Shown piece after piece: positions 8,087 to 16,447 of a stretch of 62,996 nucleotides of DNA. The position numbers and the translations under genes are program-made. Numbering within the stretch: position 1 is the first letter of the stretch; each line of letters opens with the position of its first letter. The DNA comes from a virus (Duplodnaviria > Caudoviricetes), in IMG/VR virus record IMGVR_UViG_3300030330_003618, positions 1 through 62,996 of that record. The stretch is one strand, 5' to 3'. The notes under the pieces are model-generated. The model saw only the letters and a program-made list of their open reading frames with translations, did no database searches and was not told where the DNA came from.

Positions 8087-8501
8087 CTTTAGAGATAAAT
8101 CATTTAGCAACACACTTCTTTTAATAAGTGAAATATTTAAAGTTAAGCCTAACCAGATAATGGCTAGTGGCGGTAGGAAAAGAAGATTTGTGCAACCTAG
8201 AAATGTGTTGTGTTATATGATGTATACTAAGTTGGACTACAGGCTAGAGGAAATAGCTGAAAGGGTAGGTTATCGTAATCACACTTCTGTAATGCATGCA
8301 CTTAACATGCATAGTGTTGACCTTAAGTGGGATGAAAACTATAAAGAAAAATATCAAATTGTTGTGGATGATTTAAAAATAGATGATCCACACGAAACTG
8401 GTGTTGACTTCGGAAATACCGAAGGAACTTTAAAGTCTTTTCATTATAAACTCTTAACAATAGAGAGTAGAATGGAAGCTTTAGAGAAGTTTATTAATTA
8501 A
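8046..8501 (+). CDS. DnaA domain IV (Bac_DnaA_C)-like DNA-binding protein
   Basis: RxRxxVQPRNVLCYM...LEEIAERVGYRNHTSVMHA matches the DnaA C-terminal HTH (PRQIAMYL...IGxxFGGRDHTTVLHA). Confidence 0.8.
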   Translation: MSTLLENYLTLKNSFRDKSFSNTLLLISEIFKVKPNQIMASGGRKRRFVQPRNVLCYMMYTKLDYRLEEIAERVGYRNHTSVMHALNMHSVDLKWDENYKEKYQIVVDDLKIDDPHETGVDFGNTEGTLKSFHYKLLTIESRMEALEKFIN

Positions 8502-8525
8502 TTAACTAACTAAAATTATTTTATT

Positions 8526-8795
8526 ATGGAGAAATCCGAAAACATTTACTGCGGAAGCGGTACAGAGAAAGTCTTCGAAGAAGGAAGATCACTTGTTAAC
8601 TTTTCATTAGATCTAGCTAAATTGAAAGATCATGTGTATGAGTATAACGGTAAGAAGTATGTTAACCTTACTATGGGAGCAAACAGAGATGGTGCTAACG
8701 AGTATGGTAAAACTCACTATGTTAAAATAAATACGTTTAAGCCTGAACCTCAGACTAACTCTACGGAGAAGAAAGAGGAAGCTTTACCGTTTTAA
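8526..8795 (+). CDS. Small SSB-like protein
   Basis: Beta-rich core with acidic tail ending EEALPF; replication context. Confidence 0.65.
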   Translation: MEKSENIYCGSGTEKVFEEGRSLVNFSLDLAKLKDHVYEYNGKKYVNLTMGANRDGANEYGKTHYVKINTFKPEPQTNSTEKKEEALPF

Positions 8796-8804
8796 TTTAA
8801 CACT

Positions 8805-8840
8805 TATGGAGGGGGTTTACGGGGGTATACCTCCTCTATA
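8805..8840 (+). terminator. Stable hairpin after the SSB-like gene (attenuator or mRNA stabiliser; no clear U-tract)
   Basis: 12-bp stem TATGGAGGGGGT/ACCTCCTCTATA including G-U pairs. Confidence 0.55.
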
Positions 8841-8853
8841 TAAAAACTAAACT

Positions 8854-9351
8854 ATGTATCTAAAAATATCTGAACACACATCTATTGATAGTAATTCTGT
8901 TGCAGGATTTTCTTGTGAAGGAAGAGTCTTGTATATAATAAGAAAAAATCACGATAAACCTTTAGATATTATATATGATACAGAAGAGGAATGTAGCAGA
9001 ATATTTCAAAACCTAAATAAACATTTTAAAAGTAAAGACTTGATGATAGTGAAGTCAAGTATAGAAAAAACAGAGGATAGAGAAATAAAGATAGCTATGT
9101 TTAAGGCATTTTGGAATTTATATGATAAAAAAACAGGAATGCAGAAGTGTCAGGATAAGTTTTTAAAATACAATATGAGTACAATGCAGACAATTTTAGA
9201 ATCTGTACCACCATACATAAAAGAAACTCCTGATCCAAAATTTAGAAAGAACCCACTTACTTGGTTGAATGGAGAATATTGGAAGGATGAAAAGGTAAAG
9301 GAAGAAGAAAAGAAGAAACAAGAATTTAATGTAAACGACTTATTTAAATGA
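8854..9351 (+). CDS. Replication initiator C-terminal-like / helicase-loader protein
   Basis: FKAFWNLYDKK...KFRKNPLTWLNGEYWKDE motif typical of phage replication initiator C-termini; directly upstream of the helicase. Confidence 0.6.
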   Translation: MYLKISEHTSIDSNSVAGFSCEGRVLYIIRKNHDKPLDIIYDTEEECSRIFQNLNKHFKSKDLMIVKSSIEKTEDREIKIAMFKAFWNLYDKKTGMQKCQDKFLKYNMSTMQTILESVPPYIKETPDPKFRKNPLTWLNGEYWKDEKVKEEEKKKQEFNVNDLFK

Positions 9352-11138
9352 GCCTAAATAATGATAGAATACAGATTAATAAAACACAGGGAGAAGTAAG
9401 ATATATATGCTATAATTGTTCTGATGATCGCAAGAAGTCTAAAGAAAAATGTCTAGCTATAAATGCGGAAAATGGAGCGTACCTGTGTCATCACTGCGGA
9501 GATAGTGGTATTATTAATCAATATAAAACATACGAAAAACAAAAGGATGTAGAATACTCTAGACCTGAAATGACAAACTCAACTGATTTATCAGATGAAA
9601 TGGTAAACTGGTTCAGATCTAGAGGTATATCTCAAAGAGTATTGTTAAAAAATAAAATAACACAAAAGAAAGAATATATGCCACAAGTATCTTCAAATAG
9701 AAATGTAATATGCTTTAATTACTTTAGAGATGGAGAACTTGTGAATGTAAAATATAGAGATGGGGAAAAGAACTTTAAGCAACATAAAGACGCTGAGAAA
9801 ATATTCTATGGACTAGATGATATAAAAGATCAAAAAGAAGTATATATAGTAGAAGGAGAGATGGATAAACTGTCCTTAAATGAAATAGGTATAGAGAATT
9901 GTGTGTCTGTTCCTGATGGGGCACCAAACCCTGGAACTAAAAACTACGATAATAAATTCTCTTACCTTGATAATTGCTGGGAATATTTTCAAGAAATGGA
10001 AAAGATATATATATGTTCAGACAATGATGCAAATGGTAGAGTTTTACTAGAAGAACTTAGCAGAAGGATAGGGAGAGAGAGATGTTTTATTGTTAAGTTT
10101 CCAGATGAAATAAAAGATGCTAATCAAATGCTTGTAGATCAAGGTGTATTAGCTTTAGAAAAAGTATTGAAGGATGCTGAGCCATATCCAGTGGATGGTA
10201 TTTTTACTGTTAAATCTGAGCAAGATTACATGATAGATGTATTTAATAACGGTAAAAAGAAAGGATTAACTACAGGATATCAAGTGCTAGACAACCACTA
10301 TACCCTCAGAACTTCAGAGTTAGATGTGTGGACAGGGATCCCAGGCTCAGGTAAGACAATGATGGCTATGCAAATAATGTTAAATGCTTCTGTTTTATAC
10401 GGATGGAAATGGGGAATATTTTCTCCAGAAAACTATCCTGTGGGAGACCTGTTCGACACTCTAGCTGAAATGTATATAGGGAATACATCTGATGTGGATG
10501 TGCAAGATAGGATGAGTATATATGAATACGAGAAAGCTATAGACTTTTTACATAATCATTTTTATGCTATATATCCTGAAGACGATTTTAGTCTTGACAA
10601 TATATTATCTAAGTTTAAACATTTAGTGCTAAGACATGGTATAAAAGGCTGTCTACTAGATCCATTTAATCAGTTGGATCATAAGTTTCAGGGCAAAGAT
10701 GAAACAACTTACATAGGAGAATGCCTCACTCAGATAAGAAGGTTTGAGCAGGTAAATGATCTTAAATTTATAATTATAGCACATCCAAGAAAAATGGATA
10801 GAGATGATTCTGGGGGATACAAAAAGCCTACAGCTTATGATATTAGTGGTAGTCAGAATTGGTTTAATAAGGCGGATAACGTTATCTGTATACATAGAGA
10901 TGACTCAATGGATATTAACAATACATCTGTTGCTTTTAGTGTTCAAAAAGTTAAGTTTCAGAAACTTGTAGGGGTTCCAGGCGAGGAGTCTTTGAAGTAT
11001 GATAGAAGATCTGGTAGATATTTAGATTATCAAATGAGCTGTCCTTTAGATACGGTAAGTCAAACACATAGTTTATGGGCACAACAAACTAGATATACCT
11101 CAGAGCAAGAATGGATAACTAGAAAAGATTTAGAATAA
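9348..11138 (+). CDS. Primase-helicase, T7 gp4/Twinkle type
   Basis: N-terminal CxxC..CxxC zinc domain, TOPRIM (VEGEMD, DND), Walker A GIPGSGKT, LLDPFN, IAHPRK, DISGS..KADN. Confidence 0.95.
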   Translation: MSLNNDRIQINKTQGEVRYICYNCSDDRKKSKEKCLAINAENGAYLCHHCGDSGIINQYKTYEKQKDVEYSRPEMTNSTDLSDEMVNWFRSRGISQRVLLKNKITQKKEYMPQVSSNRNVICFNYFRDGELVNVKYRDGEKNFKQHKDAEKIFYGLDDIKDQKEVYIVEGEMDKLSLNEIGIENCVSVPDGAPNPGTKNYDNKFSYLDNCWEYFQEMEKIYICSDNDANGRVLLEELSRRIGRERCFIVKFPDEIKDANQMLVDQGVLALEKVLKDAEPYPVDGIFTVKSEQDYMIDVFNNGKKKGLTTGYQVLDNHYTLRTSELDVWTGIPGSGKTMMAMQIMLNASVLYGWKWGIFSPENYPVGDLFDTLAEMYIGNTSDVDVQDRMSIYEYEKAIDFLHNHFYAIYPEDDFSLDNILSKFKHLVLRHGIKGCLLDPFNQLDHKFQGKDETTYIGECLTQIRRFEQVNDLKFIIIAHPRKMDRDDSGGYKKPTAYDISGSQNWFNKADNVICIHRDDSMDINNTSVAFSVQKVKFQKLVGVPGEESLKYDRRSGRYLDYQMSCPLDTVSQTHSLWAQQTRYTSEQEWITRKDLE

Positions 11139-11149
11139 AAAATACAAGT

Positions 11150-11392
11150 ATGAAGAAAGTTATACATGTTAATCAACATAAAATAAAAAGCAATACTAAA
11201 CATGGTGAAAACAATCCTGTTATAACCTGTAAAACATATAAGGATAATACTTATGCTCATGAAGTAATAATATATGGACAAGATAATAAAGAGGCGGCAA
11301 GGGTGGTTTACAGACCAAATAAACCGCTAGGTTGCGGGGCTAAAGTTTGGATAGAAACCACAAATAAAGTAGAAACATTGAGTTTAGATTAA
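11150..11392 (+). CDS. Conserved phage hypothetical protein (IHVNQH...PLGCGAKVWIET)
   Basis: ORF track; motif recalled from aquatic phage proteins. Confidence 0.8.
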   Translation: MKKVIHVNQHKIKSNTKHGENNPVITCKTYKDNTYAHEVIIYGQDNKEAARVVYRPNKPLGCGAKVWIETTNKVETLSLD

Positions 11393-11393
11393 A

Positions 11394-11666
11394 ATGAAAA
11401 AACAAATATATCTATTAGATGTAGAATGTTCTTACAGGAATATTAATAGAAATAAAATTGGTAAAATGGTTGCTAGTAAAAATGTAAATAAAATAATAAT
11501 ACATAATGTTTTTACAGAAAATACAGTTGAAGGTTTACAAAACTGTGAAAGATCTATACATAAAATAGAATTTGAAATTAAAAAGAAGAATAAAAAAGAT
11601 ATAGAAATAAAAATAGAAAAAGTTTTAAACTCACTGCCAGTTGGTATGAGCAACGATATATATTAA
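11394..11666 (+). CDS. Hypothetical protein (90 aa)
   Basis: ORF track. Confidence 0.7.
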   Translation: MKKQIYLLDVECSYRNINRNKIGKMVASKNVNKIIIHNVFTENTVEGLQNCERSIHKIEFEIKKKNKKDIEIKIEKVLNSLPVGMSNDIY

Positions 11667-11682
11667 CCAAAAATTATTAACT

Positions 11683-12120
11683 ATGAAGAAATTGATTTTT
11701 ATAGCATTCATACTGACAGGTCAGTTGTTTGCACAGATTGAAAACGGATTATATTATTCTGATGATATTTACAGTTCTGATGTAGAAAATTACACGAAAT
11801 ATAATACGGTTAAAATGGAGACATCATCATATATAAATATTACCAATAATGGTATAAGAATATATCCAGAAAATAAAATAGGTGTTTATCAATCTTGGAT
11901 AGATATAGGTTTTTTTGCGGACTATTACACTTACTTGCTAAATAATGGAAGTAAAATATGTGTTGGACCAGATATAAAAGGTTTGTATTATTTTTATGAA
12001 AATGAATATGATTTCATTGAGTATAAAAAATTAATAGAATTTAGAAATATAATTAAAATATCTGAATATGATAACAATACGGAGTCATCAAGAGACGGTG
12101 ATTATATAATGGAAAAATAA
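11683..12120 (+). CDS. Exported hypothetical protein (signal peptide)
   Basis: MKKLIFIAFILTGQLFAQ is a Bacteroidota-type Sec signal. Confidence 0.75.
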   Translation: MKKLIFIAFILTGQLFAQIENGLYYSDDIYSSDVENYTKYNTVKMETSSYINITNNGIRIYPENKIGVYQSWIDIGFFADYYTYLLNNGSKICVGPDIKGLYYFYENEYDFIEYKKLIEFRNIIKISEYDNNTESSRDGDYIMEK

Positions 12121-12656
12121 TGAAAAGAAAAAAGAAATATAATAAAAAAGTAAGGAATGCCACAGCCACTACATTTAATGGCGTTAAATTTAAATCAAAG
12201 TTAGAGAAGTTTACATACCAGTGCCTTAAAGTGGCTGGCATACCTTTTAAATATGAGGAAGATAGATTTGTGCTGATAGATAAATTTAAATATAAAGGCG
12301 AATGTATTGAAAAGAAAAAGAAGAAGGGGAAGAGTGTTTTTATAAAGTCTTCTGAGAATATATCACAAGCAACATACCTGCCCGACTTCACTAACCTTGA
12401 GCAAGGATGGATCATAGAATGTAAAGGTTTAAGGACAGAAGCTTTTAATTTGAGATGGAAATTATTCAAGAACATGCTTGCAAAACAGAAAAAAAGTTAC
12501 GATCTTTACATGCCAGGGACACAGAAGCAGATAATGGAGGTTGTTGAAAAGCTTAAATTAAAAAACAATGATTTCAAAGGAAGACAAAGAAAGGTTGAAC
12601 AAAAAAATAAGAAGAGAGTCCCAGTTGGAAGCAGAAAAAAACGGAATGGACATTAG
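12120..12656 (+). CDS. T7 endonuclease I-like (DUF1064-type) resolvase/nuclease
   Basis: FKSKLE, YLPDF and IIECKG PD-(D/E)XK motifs. Confidence 0.85.
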   Translation: MKRKKKYNKKVRNATATTFNGVKFKSKLEKFTYQCLKVAGIPFKYEEDRFVLIDKFKYKGECIEKKKKKGKSVFIKSSENISQATYLPDFTNLEQGWIIECKGLRTEAFNLRWKLFKNMLAKQKKSYDLYMPGTQKQIMEVVEKLKLKNNDFKGRQRKVEQKNKKRVPVGSRKKRNGH

Positions 12657-12729
12657 ATCTAAACCGTATAGGAATAAGAAGAAATATACAAGAAAAGAAA
12701 AACACAATGATTCTAGGAGACATATTTAA
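12568..12729 (+). CDS. Hidden overlapping small basic protein (53 aa), ArfA-like ribosome-rescue factor candidate
   Basis: MISKEDKERLNKKIRRESQLEAEKNGMDIRSKPYRNKKKYTRKEKHNDSRRHI; KKxYxRKxKH resembles ArfA KGKGSYMRKGKH. Confidence 0.6.
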   Translation: MISKEDKERLNKKIRRESQLEAEKNGMDIRSKPYRNKKKYTRKEKHNDSRRHI

Positions 12730-13102
12730 AAGCTTAATAGGTAATGCATCAAACATCATAGATGAGGTAGTTACAACAAAAGAGGAAAAGCTATCCCTGA
12801 AATTGAAAATGAAGGAGCTTATTGCTAAGTCTGAAATGAATGCTCAGGAACAAGTTACTAGAAGATGGGAGGCTGATGCTAAAGCTGGATGGTTACCAGC
12901 TAATATTAGACCTTTAACTTTAGCCTTCTTAACTGTTATGCTAGTAGTAATGTCTTTCTTTGATGGTAATGTAGGAAACTTTAAAATGAACCCAATGTAC
13001 GGTCCAATTTATACTCAGCTCCTACTTGTAGTATACTCAGCGTACTTCGCTGGTAGATCATTTGAGAAAATAAAAAGTATTAATAAAAATAAAAGTAAAT
13101 AA
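12707..13102 (+). CDS. Holin (3-TM GTA-holin/DUF3154-like)
   Basis: RWEAD...WLPANIRPL and YFAGRSFEK motifs with TM segments. Confidence 0.8.
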   Translation: MILGDIFKSLIGNASNIIDEVVTTKEEKLSLKLKMKELIAKSEMNAQEQVTRRWEADAKAGWLPANIRPLTLAFLTVMLVVMSFFDGNVGNFKMNPMYGPIYTQLLLVVYSAYFAGRSFEKIKSINKNKSK

Positions 13103-13103
13103 A

Positions 13104-13394
13104 ATGGAAACAAAAAAATTAGAAGAAAAAGAAATTAAGGAGATAAAAGAAATCTCTAATGAGAAAAATCAAATAACAGTTGATTTAGGGAAAATTAAAA
13201 CAGATCTCATTTTAATGGAGGCTCAGATGGATCATATGAGAAAAATGGAAGATGACTTAGTAGCTAAATTCAAAGGTAATCAAACTAAAGGCAAAAAGTT
13301 AATGGACAAAATGAATAAAAAATATGGTGCTGGCACTATAAATATTGACGAAGGAGTTTTTACTCCATCTGCTGAGGAAAATGGGAAAGGCTAA
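13104..13394 (+). CDS. Coiled-coil hypothetical protein (KYGAGTINIDEGVF)
   Basis: ORF track. Confidence 0.8.
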   Translation: METKKLEEKEIKEIKEISNEKNQITVDLGKIKTDLILMEAQMDHMRKMEDDLVAKFKGNQTKGKKLMDKMNKKYGAGTINIDEGVFTPSAEENGKG

Positions 13395-13527
13395 TTCTAA
13401 AAAAAAAGCTTGGAGGGAAAAGTTAACCCTGCTTAACATTCTTCGTAAACGTATGAAGAGAACTAAGTCAGAGTCTAAAGCTATGGAAATTCAAAGTAAA
13501 ATAAACTCAATAAAGTCTAAGCTATAA
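13381..13527 (+). CDS. Small basic protein (48 aa, MGKANSKKK...)
   Basis: Internal ATG of track ORF 13345-13527. Confidence 0.55.
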   Translation: MGKANSKKKAWREKLTLLNILRKRMKRTKSESKAMEIQSKINSIKSKL

Positions 13528-13531
13528 AACA

Positions 13532-13558
13532 ATAAACCCATCGGAGAGATGGGCTTAT
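13532..13558. terminator. Intrinsic terminator at the convergence of the + and - transcription units
   Basis: CCCATC-GGAGA-GATGGG hairpin; U-rich tail on the - strand. Confidence 0.7.
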
Positions 13559-13656
13559 CGAAACTTAAAACTAAAACTATGTAAACACGAATGTGTAACA
13601 CACATCCAATATACAAATATTTGTTCAGTTTTTCTAAATTTATTTAAGAAATTTTA

Positions 13657-14127
13657 TTAACAATCATGATCGTAATAGGTTATGGTAACATCCTCTCCAT
13701 CTTTAATAGCTTGTGCTATCTTGGGATATATACGCATGTAAGCTCTTGTTGAGGACCCTACAAAACCGTTCTTCTTGATTTGATTATTTTCCTGGGAGTC
13801 CCCCACAAGTAAACACCCAGCGGTGTCTTCATCAGTATTTCCACAATGAATAAGTATATACTCAAAACCAGGAACGTTAAGAACGTGGAGCATACCAATA
13901 TGAATATCAGCAAAGCGAAAAGAATACTTTTTATGATACCCACCAACAGTCCTAAGACCCAGTTTATAAGTACCCGCAGGTATTCTAGTTTCTCCATATT
14001 CTTTAACGTCTCTTTGTTCATCTTCCAAAGTGTAGCATAAGAAGTTTCTCTTCTCGTCCTCTACAGAAAATAAAAGACCATTAGTAGAATCAGCTTCACT
14101 AGAGAATCTTATTACCTCAAGTTTCAT
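13657..14127 (-). CDS. DUF5675-family protein, putative endolysin (L,D-transpeptidase-like)
   Basis: CYTLED..IPAGTY..ILIHCGN..DTAGCLLVG His/Cys motif. Confidence 0.75.
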   Translation of the reverse strand: MKLEVIRFSSEADSTNGLLFSVEDEKRNFLCYTLEDEQRDVKEYGETRIPAGTYKLGLRTVGGYHKKYSFRFADIHIGMLHVLNVPGFEYILIHCGNTDEDTAGCLLVGDSQENNQIKKNGFVGSSTRAYMRIYPKIAQAIKDGEDVTITYYDHDC

Positions 14128-14541
14128 TTACGCAGAAATAAACATCATGTACTCTACAGTCAAGCTTGTTGCTACACTTGGTGTATACACAATGTCATTG
14201 TTATCATCGTGAGCACTCCAAGGCATAAACATCCAGTCTCCAGCGTATAGTCTACCCATCTCTTCACCATTAATAGTAACAGTAATATATTCTGATCTAG
14301 TTGTAGAACAGTTTTTAAGATATACTTTATGAGCTTTATTTTGACCATAAGTTGTAGCTGGAGTCCCATCAAACAAAGTAACAGCAGCAGTTGCTGTAGT
14401 TGTTTTTCTACCAATACCAGTAGTTTGACTAATACCAGTTGTTGTACCAGTATCATACAAAGTGGCTGTTGTTGTTAAGCTTAAAGCATCTGACGTTAAG
14501 TCGCTAGACGATAAAGTAAGTTGTGCAGTTGTTGTCGCCAT
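14128..14541 (-). CDS. Probable virion structural protein (Thr-rich, beta)
   Basis: MATTTAQ start, composition, own TATATTTG promoter. Confidence 0.6.
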   Translation of the reverse strand: MATTTAQLTLSSSDLTSDALSLTTTATLYDTGTTTGISQTTGIGRKTTTATAAVTLFDGTPATTYGQNKAHKVYLKNCSTTRSEYITVTINGEEMGRLYAGDWMFMPWSAHDDNNDIVYTPSVATSLTVEYMMFISA

Positions 14542-14576
14542 CTATTTTTATTTTAAATTGTTAACTAATTTTTTAC

Positions 14577-14584
14577 CAAATATA
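14577..14584 (-). promoter_or_regulatory. -7 element TATATTTG
   Basis: TAnnTTTG upstream of ATG 14541. Confidence 0.6.
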
Positions 14585-14590
14585 ATCATT

Positions 14591-14773
14591 TTATATCTCA
14601 AAACCAAAGTTCAAGATCATAAATCTAAATCTTTTGCAACTGCCTTTTTTATTCTCACAAACCAAGCAAGGGCAAAACATTAATTCAAATATAGTAAGTG
14701 TACTTATTCTAAATGTTAATTCGTATTTATCTTTTTTATTTCCTGAAGTCCAGGAGTTAATCCAATTAATCAT
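14591..14773 (-). CDS. Hypothetical protein (60 aa, Cys cluster)
   Basis: ORF track; fits the operon. Confidence 0.7.
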   Translation of the reverse strand: MINWINSWTSGNKKDKYELTFRISTLTIFELMFCPCLVCENKKGSCKRFRFMILNFGFEI

Positions 14774-14794
14774 ATTTTTTTATTTTATTTGTTA

Positions 14795-15151
14795 TTATCT
14801 TTTTCCACCATTGTATTCAACAGCGTAACCCTCTTTAACTAAGGTGTTATTTACATTCAAAGGTAAGTCTAAATTTTCAGGATATATATGTAATATAGCC
14901 AAAACTCTACCAAACTTACCAACATCTTTGCTTTCAATAACCAAACTTCCCATATCTAGTATCTCTATCAGTCTATCTTTAGAGGCTAAACCACGCTTCT
15001 TTTCTTCTAAATCTCTAGTTCTACTCTCTGGAGTATCTATACCTGAAAGTCTTATTCTTTTACGAATAGTTATATCAAAACCTAAATCTATATCCGCATC
15101 AATAGTATCGCCATCAATGACTCTAATACATTTCGCTTTATAAGTATACAT
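14795..15151 (-). CDS. Thermonuclease (SNase-like) nuclease
   Basis: RVIDGDT, RIRLSGIDTPE and GKFGRVLA motifs. Confidence 0.9.
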   Translation of the reverse strand: MYTYKAKCIRVIDGDTIDADIDLGFDITIRKRIRLSGIDTPESRTRDLEEKKRGLASKDRLIEILDMGSLVIESKDVGKFGRVLAILHIYPENLDLPLNVNNTLVKEGYAVEYNGGKR

Positions 15152-15152
15152 A

Positions 15153-15545
15153 TTAATTGAATTTTGCGATCATGATTTGATCAATACTTTCTTGAACTTC
15201 TTTCTTGTCAGCCTCAAGCTCAAACATTATATTAGCTTTAAATCTCTCTTTTTCCTCTCCACTTTCAAATATAATAACAGTAGGTATGCAGGTCACTTCG
15301 TATTCTTTTTGAATCTCTGGATATTTAGCTATATCAACTCTATATTTTGAACAATCATTTAAATCAGAAAGATCAACAAACTCATTAGAAGAGTTCCAGG
15401 AAACCCAAAATTCTACAGCTACTATATCTTTTGCTATCTTTTGTTTGAAATTATCTTTAGTAATAAATTCTTGAGAAGATGCTTTTATACTTATAAAAAC
15501 AAGAAACAAAAGGAATAGTAACAATTTTAAATCTAAGTATTTCAT
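15153..15545 (-). CDS. Exported thioredoxin-fold protein lacking CxxC
   Basis: Signal peptide; VEFWVSWN replaces VDFWAxWCxxC; RVDI..YEVTCIPTVIIF cis-Pro motif. Confidence 0.8.
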   Translation of the reverse strand: MKYLDLKLLLFLLFLVFISIKASSQEFITKDNFKQKIAKDIVAVEFWVSWNSSNEFVDLSDLNDCSKYRVDIAKYPEIQKEYEVTCIPTVIIFESGEEKERFKANIMFELEADKKEVQESIDQIMIAKFN

Positions 15546-15546
15546 A

Positions 15547-15828
15547 TTATTGCATTTTATCTATCTTGTCTCTAAGATACTTTATATCTTCTTTTATTTC
15601 AGTAACATCCTCTTGAGTTGAGAGAATGGTCTGGCGTATCATTTTATCCTTCATATCGAACTCCATTTTTGTAACTTCTGGTTCTGGTGGTTCTGGCAAT
15701 AGTTTAGCCTCATCAATATCAGCTTGTAGTGTAAACCACATACCAACTAATGTAGCTATTAAAAAAGCTATACCGCCTAATGTTTTTAGACTAACCTCAA
15801 ATTTAGAATCTTCTGATATTTCTTTCAT
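15547..15828 (-). CDS. Single-TM protein with coiled coil
   Basis: One TM, PEPPEPE linker, C-terminal heptads. Confidence 0.75.
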   Translation of the reverse strand: MKEISEDSKFEVSLKTLGGIAFLIATLVGMWFTLQADIDEAKLLPEPPEPEVTKMEFDMKDKMIRQTILSTQEDVTEIKEDIKYLRDKIDKMQ

Positions 15829-15830
15829 GA

Positions 15831-16238
15831 TTATTTCTTTTTTTTGTTAACTCTACATTTCCATTTTCTAAGTGCTAAAGCTTTTCTTGTTGGCCTACCT
15901 TTACTATCCTTCATTGGGCCCTTCATTCCACCCATTCTAGCACAAAAAGACTTACGTCTCTTAGCAGCTTTACTACCCTTCTTAACCTTCCCAGTTACAG
16001 GAGCAGCTAATTTACTTCCAGGATTCTCTCTTTTATAAGAGTCTCTTCCTTTTTTGTTTAATCCTCCAGTAGGATTTTTACCCTCTTTTCTAGTCCAAGC
16101 TGCTGTTTTAGCACCCTTCTTAGCTTTAGGGAATCCAGCTTTCATATCAGCATAAGCCTCTGGACTTATCGTAGAATCTTTTTTAGATCTACTTGTCCCA
16201 GCCTTTTTTCTCTTATTTATATTAGCATATAAACTCAT
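15831..16238 (-). CDS. Conserved basic phage protein (AAWTRKEGKN..RRKSFCARM; DUF6321-like)
   Basis: Motif recognition. Confidence 0.75.
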   Translation of the reverse strand: MSLYANINKRKKAGTSRSKKDSTISPEAYADMKAGFPKAKKGAKTAAWTRKEGKNPTGGLNKKGRDSYKRENPGSKLAAPVTGKVKKGSKAAKRRKSFCARMGGMKGPMKDSKGRPTRKALALRKWKCRVNKKKK

Positions 16239-16447
16239 TTCTTAGCAAATTTTTCTACGCCACTAATCCCAAAGCAACCCAGTACACACCATACAAAGCT
16301 GTCGTATACGAATTTATTTATGACGAGATCTTTTCCAACCCAGCCAGTAACTAGATCAGCGACCATTATTATACACATAATTATAAAAGCTATAAAACCA
16401 ACTATAGCCTTCTCGTTCCAATCGTTATTGTTTTTAAATATATTCAT
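16235..16447 (-). CDS. Two-TM holin-like membrane protein
   Basis: Two TMs, C-terminal EKFAKK. Confidence 0.65.
   Translation of the reverse strand: MNIFKNNNDWNEKAIVGFIAFIIMCIIMVADLVTGWVGKDLVINKFVYDSFVWCVLGCFGISGVEKFAKK

Noticed and set aside
15153-15545. Redox-active thioredoxin AMG
   Set aside because: The WCxxC active site is replaced by WVSWNSS; only the fold is supported
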